Of a DNA stretch of 64,000 bases, positions 1 to 13,044 are shown piece after piece. Below the pieces are notes generated by a model. That model was not told the DNA's origin, searched no databases, and worked only from the letters and a program-made list of their open reading frames with translations. The position numbers and the translations under genes were made by a program. How positions within the stretch are numbered: the stretch's first letter is position 1; each line of letters begins with the position of its first letter. The stretch is from Octopus sinensis (lineage: Eukaryota): the NCBI RefSeq assembly GCF_006345805.1, contig NC_043012.1, positions 28,954,001 to 29,018,000 of the forward strand, read 5' to 3'.

Positions 1-159
1 TATATATTATAATTATGTTGAAACATGTGATATGGGAAAGTGCAGCATTGACAACAAAACATTTGTGGAGTAAATGATGGGCTAATTCCACTAAGCAACA
101 TGCTATGTGTCTGTCTGGAGTATTTTGGGCTCTAACCTGTGTGTGTGTGGGGGGGGGTA

Positions 160-1287
160 TGTGATTTTTGAACGCACCGAAAAGCTGTTAGTGGATATAC
201 TCTCTTTTGCAGCAGTCGGTGCTGTGTCTAACACGACCCATCACCTGAAATATTGACACCTCCTTCGGGGTTGTTGTCCTACATCACCCATAAAGTAAAT
301 TTGGAGGAACTGTGGTTGTTCCTTTGTGGGTAACATGGAACTAATGAGGTGATAGACTTGCCCTTGAACTTTAACGTCGTCGTAAATTCATGTTTATCTA
401 TCTTCAAACGATGTCATTTGCAGAGTTGTATTGTTTGATATTGTTGAGAACATCCTTTGACTGGATGGAAATGCCTTCTAGAAGATCCATAAGAGCTTGA
501 AAAGGAGCTGGTAGTGCTGGCAATGTTATCTGGCAGCCTGAGCAGAACATACCATTTGTTTCATTTGGAAATTTGAAAGCTCTACAGAAAAGACAATTTG
601 TACTTAGCGCACCAATCTGGACAGAGTTATCATTTTTATAAAAATGGGATGGATCGTATCTGAAAACAGATTCAGGAGTTGTGAAGAAGGAATTTGTACG
701 TAGTCTGTTTCTGAGAGCTATTCTATTGGACCTCTGTCTAATCATTAAAACATTGATTTAATGATCCAGCATCAAGTGCTGCAACATGCATTTACTGATG
801 TCGAGAAAATCTCATACAGCTTCTCTCTTCATACCCTCGCGTTCGGTTTTCTACAATCCTCTTTGCTTTATCCTTGTTTCTGGAGAGATTAAGTCCTTTC
901 TTTCGTGGCATATTTTCCCCATTATTGTAAACAAAAAAATATGAACTTAGAAAGAAATTATACATTAATCCCTACTTTTGTATGCAGTTGTATCCGTAAA
1001 ATATTTATTTGAAGAAAGCAGAAATTAAAAGAAGAGAAAGCGAAAAGAATAAAGAAAGAAAGTGAAAGATGTATGTACGTGTATATGAAATGGATGTGTG
1101 TGTAAGTGCGTGCGGGCTTGTGCGTGTGTATGTGAGAGAGAAAGAGGGTGAGAAAGATAGATAGAGTGAGTGAATGAAGATGTCTGTCGTGATGAGTGAT
1201 GAACAATACTCGAACGCGTTCGGATGAACAATACTCGAGTTATAAGCCCACAAAACAGACAGACGGAACGAATTTTATATATTAAGA
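160..1287 (-). mobile_element. Helitron, 5' portion of a once-autonomous element (3'-truncated)
   Basis: Minus strand begins A|TCTTAATATATAAAATTCG...CTGTCTG at 1287 (canonical TC start after A); followed by microsatellite-rich UTR and decayed RepHel ORF. Left boundary approximate. Confidence 0.8.
230..911 (-). pseudogene. Decayed Helitron RepHel N-terminal region
   Basis: Starts MPRKKGLNLSRNK at 911; CLFCRAFKFPNETNGMFCSG..LPAL..LL.G..NIKQYNSA; after frameshift QMTSF..KVQGQVYHLISSMLP..PQFLQIYFMGD, typical Helitron N-terminal motifs; stops and frameshifts present. Confidence 0.85.
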
Positions 1288-1528
1288 TGAGACGAAAAAA
1301 ACAGCTTGACTTAGTAAAAAGAGTAATCAAATCGTCCTCAAACTACACTCTTTCGTCTGAAAGCGACACAGTGGATAATGTAGTGATAAACAAAAATCGG
1401 TTATGGTCATTCCTGGAATACAGTTGATGAGGGTTAAACAATAACATCAACAAAGTGATTTATAAGCAATGTAATATTGAATAATGCAGTCAGTATCAAA
1501 TCCTTTCATACGAGAATGAATGAATGAA

Positions 1529-2144
1529 TGAAGAAGGGAAGGAAGGAAGGAAGGTAGGAAGGAGGGAAGGAAGGAAGGAAGGAAGGAAGAAAGGAAGGAA
1601 GGAAGGTAGGAAGGTAGGAAGGAAGGGAAGAAGGAAGGAAGGAAGGAAGGAAGGGAGAGAGGAAGGAAGGAAGAAGGAAGGAAGGAAGGGAGGGAGAGAG
1701 GAAGGAAGGCAGGTAGGAAGGAAGGAAAGTAGGAAGGAAGGAAGGAAGGAAGGAAGAAAGAAAGGAAGGAAGGTAGGAAGGTAGGAAGGAAGGGAAGAAG
1801 GAAGGAAGGAAGGAGGAAGGAAGGAAGGAAGGGAGAGAGGAAGGAAGGGAGGGAGGAAGGAAGATAGGAAGGGAGAGAGGAAGGAAGGAAGAAGGAAGGA
1901 AGGAAGGAAGGAAGGAAAGAAGGAAGGGAGAGAGGAAGGAAGGGAGGGAGGAAGGAAGGAAGGTAGGAAGGAAGGAAGGAAGGATGGAAGGAAGGAAGGA
2001 AGGGAGAGAGGAAGGAAGGGAGGGAGGAAGGAAGGAGGAAGGTAGGAAGGAAGGAAGGAAGGAAGGAAGGAAGGGAGAGAGGAAGGAAGGGAGGAAGGAA
2101 GGAAGGGAGAGAGGAAGGAAGGGAGGGAGGAAGGAAGGAAGGAA
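1529..2144 (+). repeat. Degenerate (GGAA)n polypurine tract with GGTA/GAGA variants
   Basis: About 615 bp of almost purely purine sequence read directly. Confidence 0.95.
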
Positions 2145-2183
2145 TGATGCGTTTGATCTAAATTATTACGAGAACTATTTATA

Positions 2184-3094
2184 CTAGCGGGACCCGTGAA
2201 TATTTCATGGAACTAATGGTAAACTTATTGGGTTATTTAATGAAAACTTGATCCAAAAGTCCTCAAAGCGTAGCCTGCGTTGCGTTCGTATGGAAAGATA
2301 GTCGCTCATCTGCTAGTCTTTGAAAAGTGAACGAAATTGAAATACCATGATTATTCATTGCACTTTATATATACACTTTATAAACTTTATGCACAGTTTT
2401 ATAGACTCAATACACTGCACTCATAAAATAAATATTATTTTTCCATTTTTCCCATAAAAAATATTTCGCCATACATATGATACAACCTTTAATTAAATTG
2501 CATATATCTGCCACGTAAATAAGCTTGACTATTTTACGGAATTGCACTTATGCGCATGCGTTAAGTAGGGGACGATATAAAAAAATTAGTTCAATTAAAA
2601 AAGAATACACTTTTCACCACCACCACATCTACCCCCCTCTCTCCCCTTCTCTCCCCACTCTCTCTCCGCCTTTCTTTAACCTCAGAACATCACCCCTCTG
2701 CTAAAATTATATTTCTAACTCTCTCTATATTTCTCTTTCAACCAACATTTTTAACCACGTAACAAAGATTACGTCTCCCTACCTCACGTCACGGACGCTT
2801 TTCTCTCCGCATTTTTCTCTCTCCGTCTTTTTCACACTCCCTCTTTTTCTTTCTCCCTCTTTCTGTCTCACTCTTTGCCTTCTCTTTTTCTCTCTCCTAT
2901 TTTCTTTCTCCCTCTTGTTTTCTCTTTCCTTCCAACTAATCACGTGAAAACATTACGGGCGGGATAAGTAACGAAATGACTAGCAGAATATCTGAAGCCA
3001 TTTTTAACCATTGGTATAAGGAATATTCTGAAAACATTTCAATGCATTGATTTCGCTATTTTAAAAAAGGAAGTCTTCTTTTATATAATAAGGA
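2184..3094 (-). mobile_element. Complete non-autonomous Helitron (911 bp)
   Basis: Minus 5' end A|TCCTTATTATATAAAAG at 3094; 3' end CTAG|T at 2184 with subterminal hairpin CCGTGAA-TAT-TTCATGG near 2194-2210; AT target, no TSD. Confidence 0.85.
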
Positions 3095-5237
3095 TTTAAA
3101 TTCAGTTTAGAGTCTAAAAATGTATTTATAGTTGGTTTTGGGCAAAAAAATATTAGTACAATAAGCTCGTAAAAGGAATGAGTTTGACCTGAGTAAACGA
3201 AAACTTTAAAGAAGAAGAAAATAAAAAGGAAGAATATAACGAGGGTTTCATGACATCTTTTATACGCTTCGACTTTATCATGGGGTAATGTCAGGGCCAA
3301 AGCATTAGAATTATTTTTCTCATGGTACACAAGCTTATTCTATTTTATGAACTATAAAAAACATGGGTAACTAAGGTGTTTATAGACATTTTAAGAAATG
3401 TCCAAAAGAAACTTGACCAGATTATTTCAAAATACTTAAATTTTAAATTCTATGACAACATATATATATTTTAATATCTAGAGGGTTATGTGCGAAATTG
3501 CAGAGTAGACACAGTGCTAGGAGCACCAGATTATACTTCATAAATTAAAATAAACTTCAGGTGATTCGTTTCCTTTAGCTTAGAGTAATTTATTCTGTTT
3601 CAGTTCATTATAGTTATGAGCACTAAGTGTTTCTTGAAGAAAGAGAGAGAGAGAGAAATGTACAATGAATTGTGGGTGTGGATTGACTGTATTTCCAACT
3701 CTTACAGAAACTTTAACCAAAATCAAAGGTTATCAATAATTCATTTTCAAGACACTTTATTCCGCTTCTGCTTTTACCAAAGATGTTAAAATCTCAATCT
3801 CAAAATATTCACCTGTATCTAACTGTAATATTGCTGTTTCATAGACTCCTTATGAGATGTTCTTACACCACATAAGATATGCTTATCCTTTCGTTTGTTT
3901 CACTATCTGGCCCATTATATGATAAATCGGATGAGAATTTGGATGAAAAAATGTATGTCAAGAAGTGTGAGAAAGAAAATGGTCTATAAATTAGTTTTCT
4001 GGCAGATACACCTACAAAAAGTAGTAGTTAGGTTAGTTTAAGTTCTAAATATTTCTTATCCATCCAAGTGAACTCATTAAATTGTGAATAAAAAATATAA
4101 ACAAACATGCGGAGGTTCACGTCAGTCACTCAAGTATAAAGAAACAATAACAGAAAAAGAAAAGTAGAGAGAGAAATGGACAGCATTTAAACATACCTAG
4201 CATTTAAACATTGTGCAGTGTACTTCACAAAATTAAACAGTTTCAAATATCTCCCGACTCTCACCTAAGAGTTTGTTCACTCGTTACAACTTTTGTAAGT
4301 AAATTTCGTGTTTTTCTGGAACGTAAAACGTATTTAGATGTACTGAGGATTTTTTAAAACTTTGATGAATATCCTCCAGTCAGCGCTGCTTGAGTAAAGC
4401 TCTCATACGATGGTTTCTAGTCGAATGTAAAGTATTGATTAGCGTATTCTTGCTTTACTATCGTTGTTTTAAGTAGGAAATACCAGAATTAAAACAAAAT
4501 ATTTAGCCTAGCCTACAATGAAACGAAATATTTAATGTAAGAGAGTTTTGACTGAAGGAATTATAGTTGTTAGATTTGATGTCTGAATTTTAAAATCCTG
4601 AGCAACAAAACTTAAATTTCTCGCGTTTTCTTCATTTTACCCAAATCGTGTTTCCTATACTCATAAAACCTGAACGCATCATTTGCAACCTTTGCAGTGA
4701 CATAAATGATGGGAATTTAAAGAGTTAAAAAAGTCTCTAGAAAATACAAAATATAAGATATTAATTGTTACTTTCGGTACACTACAATTACATTCAGTAA
4801 ATAAATTTTCACAAGAAAATAAAAATCAGCAGTAGATTTCTTTTTACTATAACATGTTTAGCTGACGTGTGAGCATGCAAGTCCATACATGCCAATCAGT
4901 AAACATTTAATAAGTGTATGTGAAAACAAATATATCACCAAAATACCTCGCCTTCTTACAGATCAGATGCGTACACTTGAAAATATAAACGATGTCTGAG
5001 TAAGATGTAACAACATATCGAACAGACAAATGTGTTGCAGGTCTCTGCCTAGAATCTCAAACTTTGTCTCACTGTTTTCCAGTTGAGAAATCTTTAAAAA
5101 CAAAAGGGTCTTTAAAATTAAATAATGATGTAATCAAGAGATCAACCATTAGTTTTCATTGGAGAAAATATCAAACTGATTGATTGACGGAACAACTGGA
5201 ATTCCACAAATGCTTTGAATGACATCATGAGGGAACT

Positions 5238-5272
5238 AACCAATCAGGATTATTCATCCCTACTATATAAAA
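5238..5272 (+). promoter_or_regulatory. Candidate Pol II core promoter (CCAAT box plus TATA)
   Basis: AACCAATCAG (NF-Y-like) at 5238-5247 and TATATAAAA at 5264-5272; no downstream gene identified. Confidence 0.25.
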
Positions 5273-5507
5273 CAAATAACTACGAGAACAAGAAAAAATT
5301 ACAAATGAAAGTTTGATATTTAACTTTATGTCAACAACAAACACTGTCAAATATGAAAAATTGCCGAACAAGGTCCCACAAAAGATTTAGAGTGGAGTCA
5401 TATGAGACACGACTTCTAACAATCATGAAATTACAAAACTGGCCAACTAAATATTAATATATTTTCATATAGACTTCAAGTGTATTTTCAATTTCTTTTC
5501 TTTTCTC

Positions 5508-5985
<478 letters not shown>

Positions 5986-6428
5986 TACATGCAGTTTTCT
6001 AGATGGTTAATTGCCACATCAGTGATTCTTCAATAATTATTTTCCTACATCAGCGACGACAAGATTTTGTCTTAATATGCCAGTGGCTACCTGCTATTGA
6101 CGGAGCCCAAAAAAGCAGAAACGCTCACCGAGCAATATCAACACCGCTTCTAGTAGACGATCTTTCCATCTGCTGTTGATATATTTCCCGTTATTTAACA
6201 TTGTACATCTATGAAAGATATTACTTCAGGATGAATACTAAAGTTAATAAGGCTTTTCCTGATGTACCTGGATTCAGTGCGATACACAGATTGCTGTTTT
6301 AAATTAATGCTGTTTCTACTGCGGATAACGAATATATACATGTCTGTGTGCGTGTGTGTGCACATTGAAATATGCAACAAAAATATGTATAAGAAAATGT
6401 AGTAACCATATGAAAAATATCAAGAAAG

Positions 6429-6479
<51 letters not shown>

Positions 6480-7146
6480 AAAAGGAAAGACAATAATATA
6501 AAATAAACGGTTATAAGTTGTTTATAGTACGGAAATCATTAATAGTGGCAATAAGATTAGATTTAAAGTAAAATGAAAAAATAGAAAAGCGAATCAAACC
6601 GGCTGTAATATTTGTAAAGCTTTAACAGAGAAGTCAAGTGTCAAAATGGTGAATGTGCGCTGTGATTTATGGAGCTACAACAGACTCTTGGGACAACTTG
6701 AAGTAAGCTTGGTTATATGAAGAAACAAAAATGGATATTTAATTCTATTGGTTTGGCAGCCACGACCAGCATTGGCTGATTGCATTGGCTGACTAAAATT
6801 ATAACTCAAGCGTGTGTGTTTATGTGTGTGTGCTTACTCGCCTGCGCTTGTATGTGTGCGTGTATGTTTTCGTGCGTCTGAAAATGTATGTGTATTCTTT
6901 TATTTTGCTGTATGTGTGGACGTTTCGATAATGAGAAAAGGGTAGGAATTATTCGGAAAGATTGAACGAGAGAGGAAACACATTATATATTACGTGTATG
7001 CGTGTGCGCACGTGTCTACATGAGTGTGTGCGCGCGCAGAGCGTTATATGTTATATATAATATACGGAGAGAGAGCGAGAGAGAGGGAGACTTATACATA
7101 CATAACACATATTATACTGCGTTATATTATTTTATATAAATATGCT

Positions 7147-7312
7147 CAGAGAGAGAGAGGGGGAGAGAGGGGGGAGAGGGGGAGAGAGAGCAAGAGAGAG
7201 AGAGAGAGAGCAAGAGAGAGAGAGAGCAAGAGAGAGAGAGCAAGAGAGAGAGAGCAAGAGAGAGAGAGAGCAAGAGAGAGAGAGCAAGAGAGAGAGAGCA
7301 GGAGAGAGAGAA
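7147..7312 (+). repeat. GA-rich tandem repeat, unit about (GAGAGAGAGCAA)n
   Basis: Direct reading. Confidence 0.9.
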
Positions 7313-7634
7313 ACAAGACAAGTGAGAGCGCTAGCACGAGAGAAAGGAAGAAAAACAGCACGGTATTTATGCTTTGTATAACGTATACGGATTCCAGAAA
7401 GTTGACCATTGTTAATTACACGAACCTTAAAAGCTCTGTTAAAGGACGCGATCCGCCTGATTCAGATGTATTCACACACTTTCGTAGAAGCACACGAACA
7501 TAAATATGGAACAGGGATGGGGAAAGAAAGAGAGAGGAAGAATGGATTCCAGACAATATATCAAAATTAAGAGGAATAGTAACAATAATATCAATAAAAT
7601 AGTATTCAAATTTAAAAAAATTTAATAGCGATAG

Positions 7635-7684
<50 letters not shown>

Positions 7685-7694
7685 CTTTCTACTA

Positions 7695-7882
7695 AAAGCA
7701 CAAGGTCTGAAATTTAGAGGAGGGTAAGTCGATTACATCGACTCCACTACTCAACTTGTACTTATTTTATCGACCCCGAAAGGATAAATGGTAAAGTCGA
7801 CCTCAGATGAATTTGAATTCAGAACGAAATACCGCTAAGAATTTCGCCCGGCGTACTAACGATTCTGCCAGCTTACCGCCTT
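7695..7882 (-). mobile_element. tRNA-derived SINE family C
   Basis: Reverse complement of the family seen at 28449 (GGCGGTAAGCTGGCAGAATCGTTAG..GAGGTCGACTTT..GGGGTCGATAAA). Confidence 0.85.
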
Positions 7883-8099
7883 AATGATGATGATTATGAT
7901 TACGATGATGATGATGACGACGATGACGACGACGACGATGATGACGATGATGATGATGATTTCCTTTATTAGCCACAGAAGTATAGTTGAGCAGACATCA
8001 GAAGGATACTCAACAATTTGTGTGGGAATTTACATAACAGATAAGAAGAGAGAAATAGGAAAGATAGTGAAATGCAATGAAAGTCTACATAGTATGTGC

Positions 8100-8690
8100 T
8101 ACCATGAATGATGCAGTCATCCTTTTACAGAAGAAACTCCAACTAGAACCAATCAAAGAACTTCACAGATCCAGGATTACTATAATCGCCAAAAGCACGA
8201 ACTTTCATCCAACTGCTGTTCTCCAATATACAAGTACATGCTTACAGAAGGATCACCTTAACCATTTTTACCTCATTTACCCATCTCTTCTTAAATTCAC
8301 TTGGAAGTAGTACCTTCTTCTTCACCCTCATTTTACTTTCCAAGTGGAACTTAAAAATTCGGTTAGGACTTGACCGAAGAGGAAGATGTCTTTTCTCTAT
8401 AGAACTTTCACCGACCGCATAGACCGACTGGTAGAGGGTAGAGAGTGCCTTACGACATTTCAAGTGCCAAGCGCTCGATCTTATTTTTTCCATGACCCAG
8501 GACTGCGACGCCGTCAAAAGACATGAGCTGCAGAAAGGTGTGTCTTACAAATGGAGACCACATCGGTTCACAGTCCAGCAAAATCTCTAAGTGGCGTAGC
8601 CAGAAAGCGTGTCTGCACATTGCATGAGAACGCCGGCAGTAGATGCACCACCTCACTAGGGACACTCATCCTTTCCACAGGAAGCGGAAA
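8100..8690 (-). mobile_element. Highly decayed non-LTR RT fragment (RTE-like)
   Basis: Minus translation FWLRHLE..FLQLMSFDGV resembles FLVRQLQE..FVDLEKAFDRV; later MKVRAFGDYSNP. Confidence 0.4.
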
Positions 8691-8859
8691 AGTAAATGCT
8701 CCAGTCTGGCCAGTCAGAGTGGAGCATATATATCTGAATATATATGCATATATATATAACAGTCAGGCGGTAAGTTATGAGGGAAGTGTTATATTTGTTT
8801 GCCACTTCTGATCGACCTTTCAGGGATAATTTCCTCTTCACCCATTTCTGGGGTTGGGG

Positions 8860-8996
8860 TGGGGGAGCTAGTCGATTACATCGACCACAGTACTTGATAG
8901 GTACTAAATTTATCGACCCGGAAAGGATCTAAATCAAAATCGACCTCAGCGGAATTTGAACACAGAACGTAAAGATGGGTGAAATGTTACTAAACA
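8860..8996 (-). mobile_element. SINE family C, partial
   Basis: GTCGATTACATCGACC..ATCGACCCGGAAAGG..CGACCTCAGCGGAATTTGAAC matches family C. Confidence 0.8.
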
Positions 8997-9007
8997 TCAT
9001 AGACATG

Positions 9008-9246
9008 CGTGGAGGCGCAATGGGCTAGTGGTTAGGGCAGCGGACTTGCGGTCGGAGGATCGCAGTTTCGATTCCCAGACCGGGCGTTGTGTGTGTTTAT
9101 TGAGCGAAAAAAACACCTAAAAGCTCCACGAGACTCCGGCAGGAGGTGGTGATCCCTGCTGTACTCTTTCACCACTCTAAAGGCGGTGCTCCAGCATGGC
9201 CGCAGTCAAAATGACTGAAACAAGTACAAAAAAAAAAAAAAAAAAA
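9008..9246 (+). mobile_element. Chimeric SINE: family B head joined to family A tail
   Basis: 9008-9178 matches the B copy at 43343; 9179-9246 is the A tail AAAGGCGGTGCTCCAGCATGGCCGCAGTC..GACTGAAACAAGT plus poly(A). Confidence 0.8.
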
Positions 9247-9349
9247 ATGCATTCCCATACACACATGCCCGAGCATAAGCACAGGCCCACGTGCAACTGC
9301 CTTCTGATAACCTCAGATCCACATACACAACCAGTCTCGTAACTCCGCA

Positions 9350-9790
9350 GGAGCAACCATATTTGATGGTGCTTGGTTGGACTGTCAGTATAAATGAGGG
9401 AGTAGTCTTTACGGGTAGCCGTGGTCTTGACTATAGAGCAGGCAGGCCTAAAGTGGTATATCTCGATTGATGGGTGTCAGTGGTTAGAAGTTCATGGGGA
9501 CGACGGCCGGGCAATATCAAGCAACACGAACGACCACGCAATGGACAAGTTCAAGAAGGGTATGATAAATATCTTCAAAATGTTCGGCCTCTCTTTAACA
9601 ATTACCACCAATTTGACAAAGATCAATTTCCTCGACGTAACCCTAGACCTGAAGGCGGACAAGTACAAACCCTTATAGGAAGCCCTACAAACAAAACAAG
9701 TATATCCACAGAAACTCCACACCCCCACCCCAACTATAATTAGAAACCTAGTCACAGGCATAAGTAGAACAATCTAAAATATTAGTGGAT
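9350..9790 (+). pseudogene. Penelope-like RT fragment
   Basis: DDG..DKFKKGMINIFKMFGLSLTITTNLTKINFLDVTLDL..YKP, then YIHRNS.PP.IIRNL..GISR; matches the PLE RT C-terminal pattern. Confidence 0.8.
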
Positions 9791-10821
9791 AGCTTAGATT
9801 TTTCTACTTCTGCATGTGAATGCTGCAGGAATGTTGCAATTGATCGTTTTCATGTGTTTGAAAAATAGCGTCGAATGCTGTATTTTAATTTGGATATAAC
9901 ACTATTCTTATATTCTTCGTTAACTTTGAACTCACCAAGATACTTTAGGAGAGTTTTGCTATAGGAATTAGATGTGGTCGAGATATGTTGACTTTTTAGA
10001 ATTAATATATTTTTTTATTATTTCATTATTTGTTTATTTTGATAATTTAGATTGAATAAATAAGGCGAGTTACGTCTGCCGATTGTTTTTCTTGTTCATT
10101 ATTCTATTTGATTCTCTGCGTGACTCCAAACTTATCTCACCATTTAGCAACATATTATAACTATCTTCTAATGAGTTGTGTTTACTTTAAGACATAAAGA
10201 AAAGGAATTTGCTTCCTTTTCTGCTCTGATGTATGATCGTAGTGCAAGTTAGCATTATATTAATTGCTACAATACTGACAGCTTTAGAAGAAGGGAACAA
10301 ATTCAAAACAATCAGACAATAACAATAAACAGTATAAAACAATAAACAACAAAACCTGCAAAAGAACGAGAATTATATCTTGATATATGTTGCTTGAACG
10401 TTCTCGGAAAAATTTAATTCATGAAAGCATTTTGATGTTATAGAAAGGAAGAAATCACCCAAACTAAGGCAGTTATGAATGAATGTAAAATGAAAAGAGA
10501 AATTTATACAGCAGAAAAATCAACTCTGTGATAATCTGTTTTCTGTTACCCGTTTCATTCATTGGATTGCAGACATTTTGAGCCATCGCTCGTTAACAGT
10601 TTAGTCGATGAAATTAAACCCTAGGAGTTATTTTGGTGGTCTGGCGGGTCAACGCGCGGGTACACGTATATATGTATACATACATAGGGCTTCAACACAG
10701 ATTCCTACTATCGAATTCATAAACAGAGAATTACTCAGCCCTTGACTATAAAAGAAGATGCAGTGAAGCTGAAACTATGGTGGCGAAGTGAACTTAACGA
10801 TTCAGGCATGGCTGCACTTAT

Positions 10822-11185
10822 ATACATATTCTTTTATTCTTTTACTTGCTTCAGTCATTTGACTGCAGCCATGCTGGGGCACAGCCTTTAGTCGAGCAAA
10901 TCGACCACAGAACTTATTCTTTTTTAAGCTTAGTACTAACTTAATCGGTCTCTTTTGCCGAACCACTAATTTACGGGGAGGTAAACACACGAGCATCGGT
11001 TACCACGCATTCTTGGGGGGGGGGGGCAGCCAGACAGACAGACACACGTATGCACCTCCCCTCCACACACATATATACGACGGGCTTCTTTCCGTGTACC
11101 AAATCCACTCACAAGGCTTTGGTCGGCCCAAGGCTATAGTAGAAGACACCTGCCAAGGTGCCACACAGTGGGATTGAACTCGGGA
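10822..11185 (-). mobile_element. CORE-like tRNA SINE family A, head-truncated
   Basis: Minus reads GTGTGGCACCTTGGCAGGTGTCTTCTACTATAGCC..AAGAAGCCCGTCG..GACTAAAGGCTGTGCCCCAGCATGG..GACTGAAGCAAGTAAAAG. Confidence 0.9.
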
Positions 11186-11294
11186 CCACAGAGCCACTCA
11201 TATATATATATATATATATATATGCATTATGTATGTCTCCATCGTCCTTCACCCTCCATAAATACAAAACTATGGGAGTAACTGCTTTCGAAGA

Positions 11295-11567
11295 TTCATA
11301 TTTATTTCAGTCAATTGTCTGCGACCATGCTGGAGCACCGCCTTTAGTCCAACAAATCGACCCTAGATCTTATTCTTTGTAAGCCTAGTACTTATTCTAT
11401 CGGTCTCTTTTCCGAACCGCTAAATTACGGGGACGTAAACACACGAGCATCGGTTGTCGAGCGATGTTGGGGACAAACACAGACACACAAAGACACACAT
11501 ATATACATATACATACATATATATATATGCATATATATATACATATATATACATATATATATATGTA

Positions 11568-11604
<37 letters not shown>

Positions 11605-11763
11605 CGGGCTTCTTTCAGTTTCCCTCTAACAAGTCCACTCACAAGGCTTTGGTCGGGCCAAGACTATAGTAGAGGACACTTTCCCAAGATACCATGCAGC
11701 GGGACTGAACCGGGAACCATGTGGTTGGTAAGCAAGCTACTTACCACACAGCCACGCCTGCGC
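11295..11763 (-). mobile_element. SINE family A, near full length
   Basis: Head GCGCAGGCGTGGCTGTGTGGTAAG..GGTTCAGTCCC, CORE-like CTTGGGAAAGTGTC, internal (TA)n, A tail. Confidence 0.9.
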
Positions 11764-11764
11764 G

Positions 11765-11942
11765 TATATATATATACACACACACATATATATATATAGT
11801 AAATATACATATACAAATATCTGAATATATATGCATATATATATATACATAGATATACGTAAAAATCTATATATATATATATATATACATCTATGCCTAT
11901 ACATCTATACATGTATATATATACAAATATATATGCATATAA

Positions 11943-12021
<79 letters not shown>

Positions 12022-12068
12022 TATAATATATATATATATATACATATATATTATATATATATATATAT

Positions 12069-12118
<50 letters not shown>

Positions 12119-12147
12119 TATGTTGTATATATATATATGTTTATATA
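11765..12147. repeat. (TA)n-rich tract
   Basis: Direct reading. Confidence 0.95.
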
Positions 12148-12400
12148 TTTGGTGTGCAAGATTTTTTATGTGAAATCGTGTGTTGAAACAGATATTGTTG
12201 TATTTCGGAATGGTCATTTTGCCAGTTTGGCCAATAAAAACACACACACTATAGATTTGGTGTTATTTTGCTTCAGCGTTATTTATTTTTTACATTAATC
12301 TTAATCTTATTTCGGCCAGAGTTCTTTCGTCACACTCCTGTGACCGCATCAGTGGTCCTTTGCTTTCTTCTTTCTTATTTGTGTGTCTCTCCTTACTAAC
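12148..12400 (-). mobile_element. PLE-type terminal repeat abutting (TA)n
   Basis: Contains a hammerhead motif; its 3' end (minus) runs into the TA tract like the other copies in the window. Confidence 0.55.
12314..12358 (-). ncRNA. Type I hammerhead ribozyme motif, A9C variant
   Basis: GGACCA-CTGATGC-G-GTCAC-AGGAGT-GTGAC-GAAA-GAAC-TC-TGGCC. Confidence 0.7.
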
Positions 12401-12601
12401 TGTCAACCATTTTGTATTTATATTATATGTGTCTTCATTTGCGCATGCGTATATCTCTATGTGCGTCTATGTTTAGTTAGTGTGTGTGGAGGGGGAATGC
12501 CTGTAATATTTGTATCTTCTGTTTATATACGTTCGTGTACTTTGTTTATTTTTTGTTTATTCTTATTTTGTTCATGTGTTTACATCCACTTTTTATTATT
12601 A

Positions 12602-12656
<55 letters not shown>

Positions 12657-12980
12657 GTATGCTTGTATGTATGTATGTATGTATAACAACAACATGTATG
12701 TAGAACGAATATATATATACATATATATATAATTTTCTCCAGTAGGGAGGAACGCGTACGATTGCATCACAGATAAATGTTGAGAATAGGAGAAATCATT
12801 TTATTTATTTACTTTCCGGAAATTAACTGTTGGAATTTGAAAAATATGTAGTTTATTCCAATCTTAAAACTATGATATTTTATGATTCATATATATGGGT
12901 ATTTGTAAGGGAATGCTTTCTTTCTGTCTACATATTCAACGAGAAACACACACACACAGATGCACACACACACACACACA

Positions 12981-13044
<64 letters not shown>

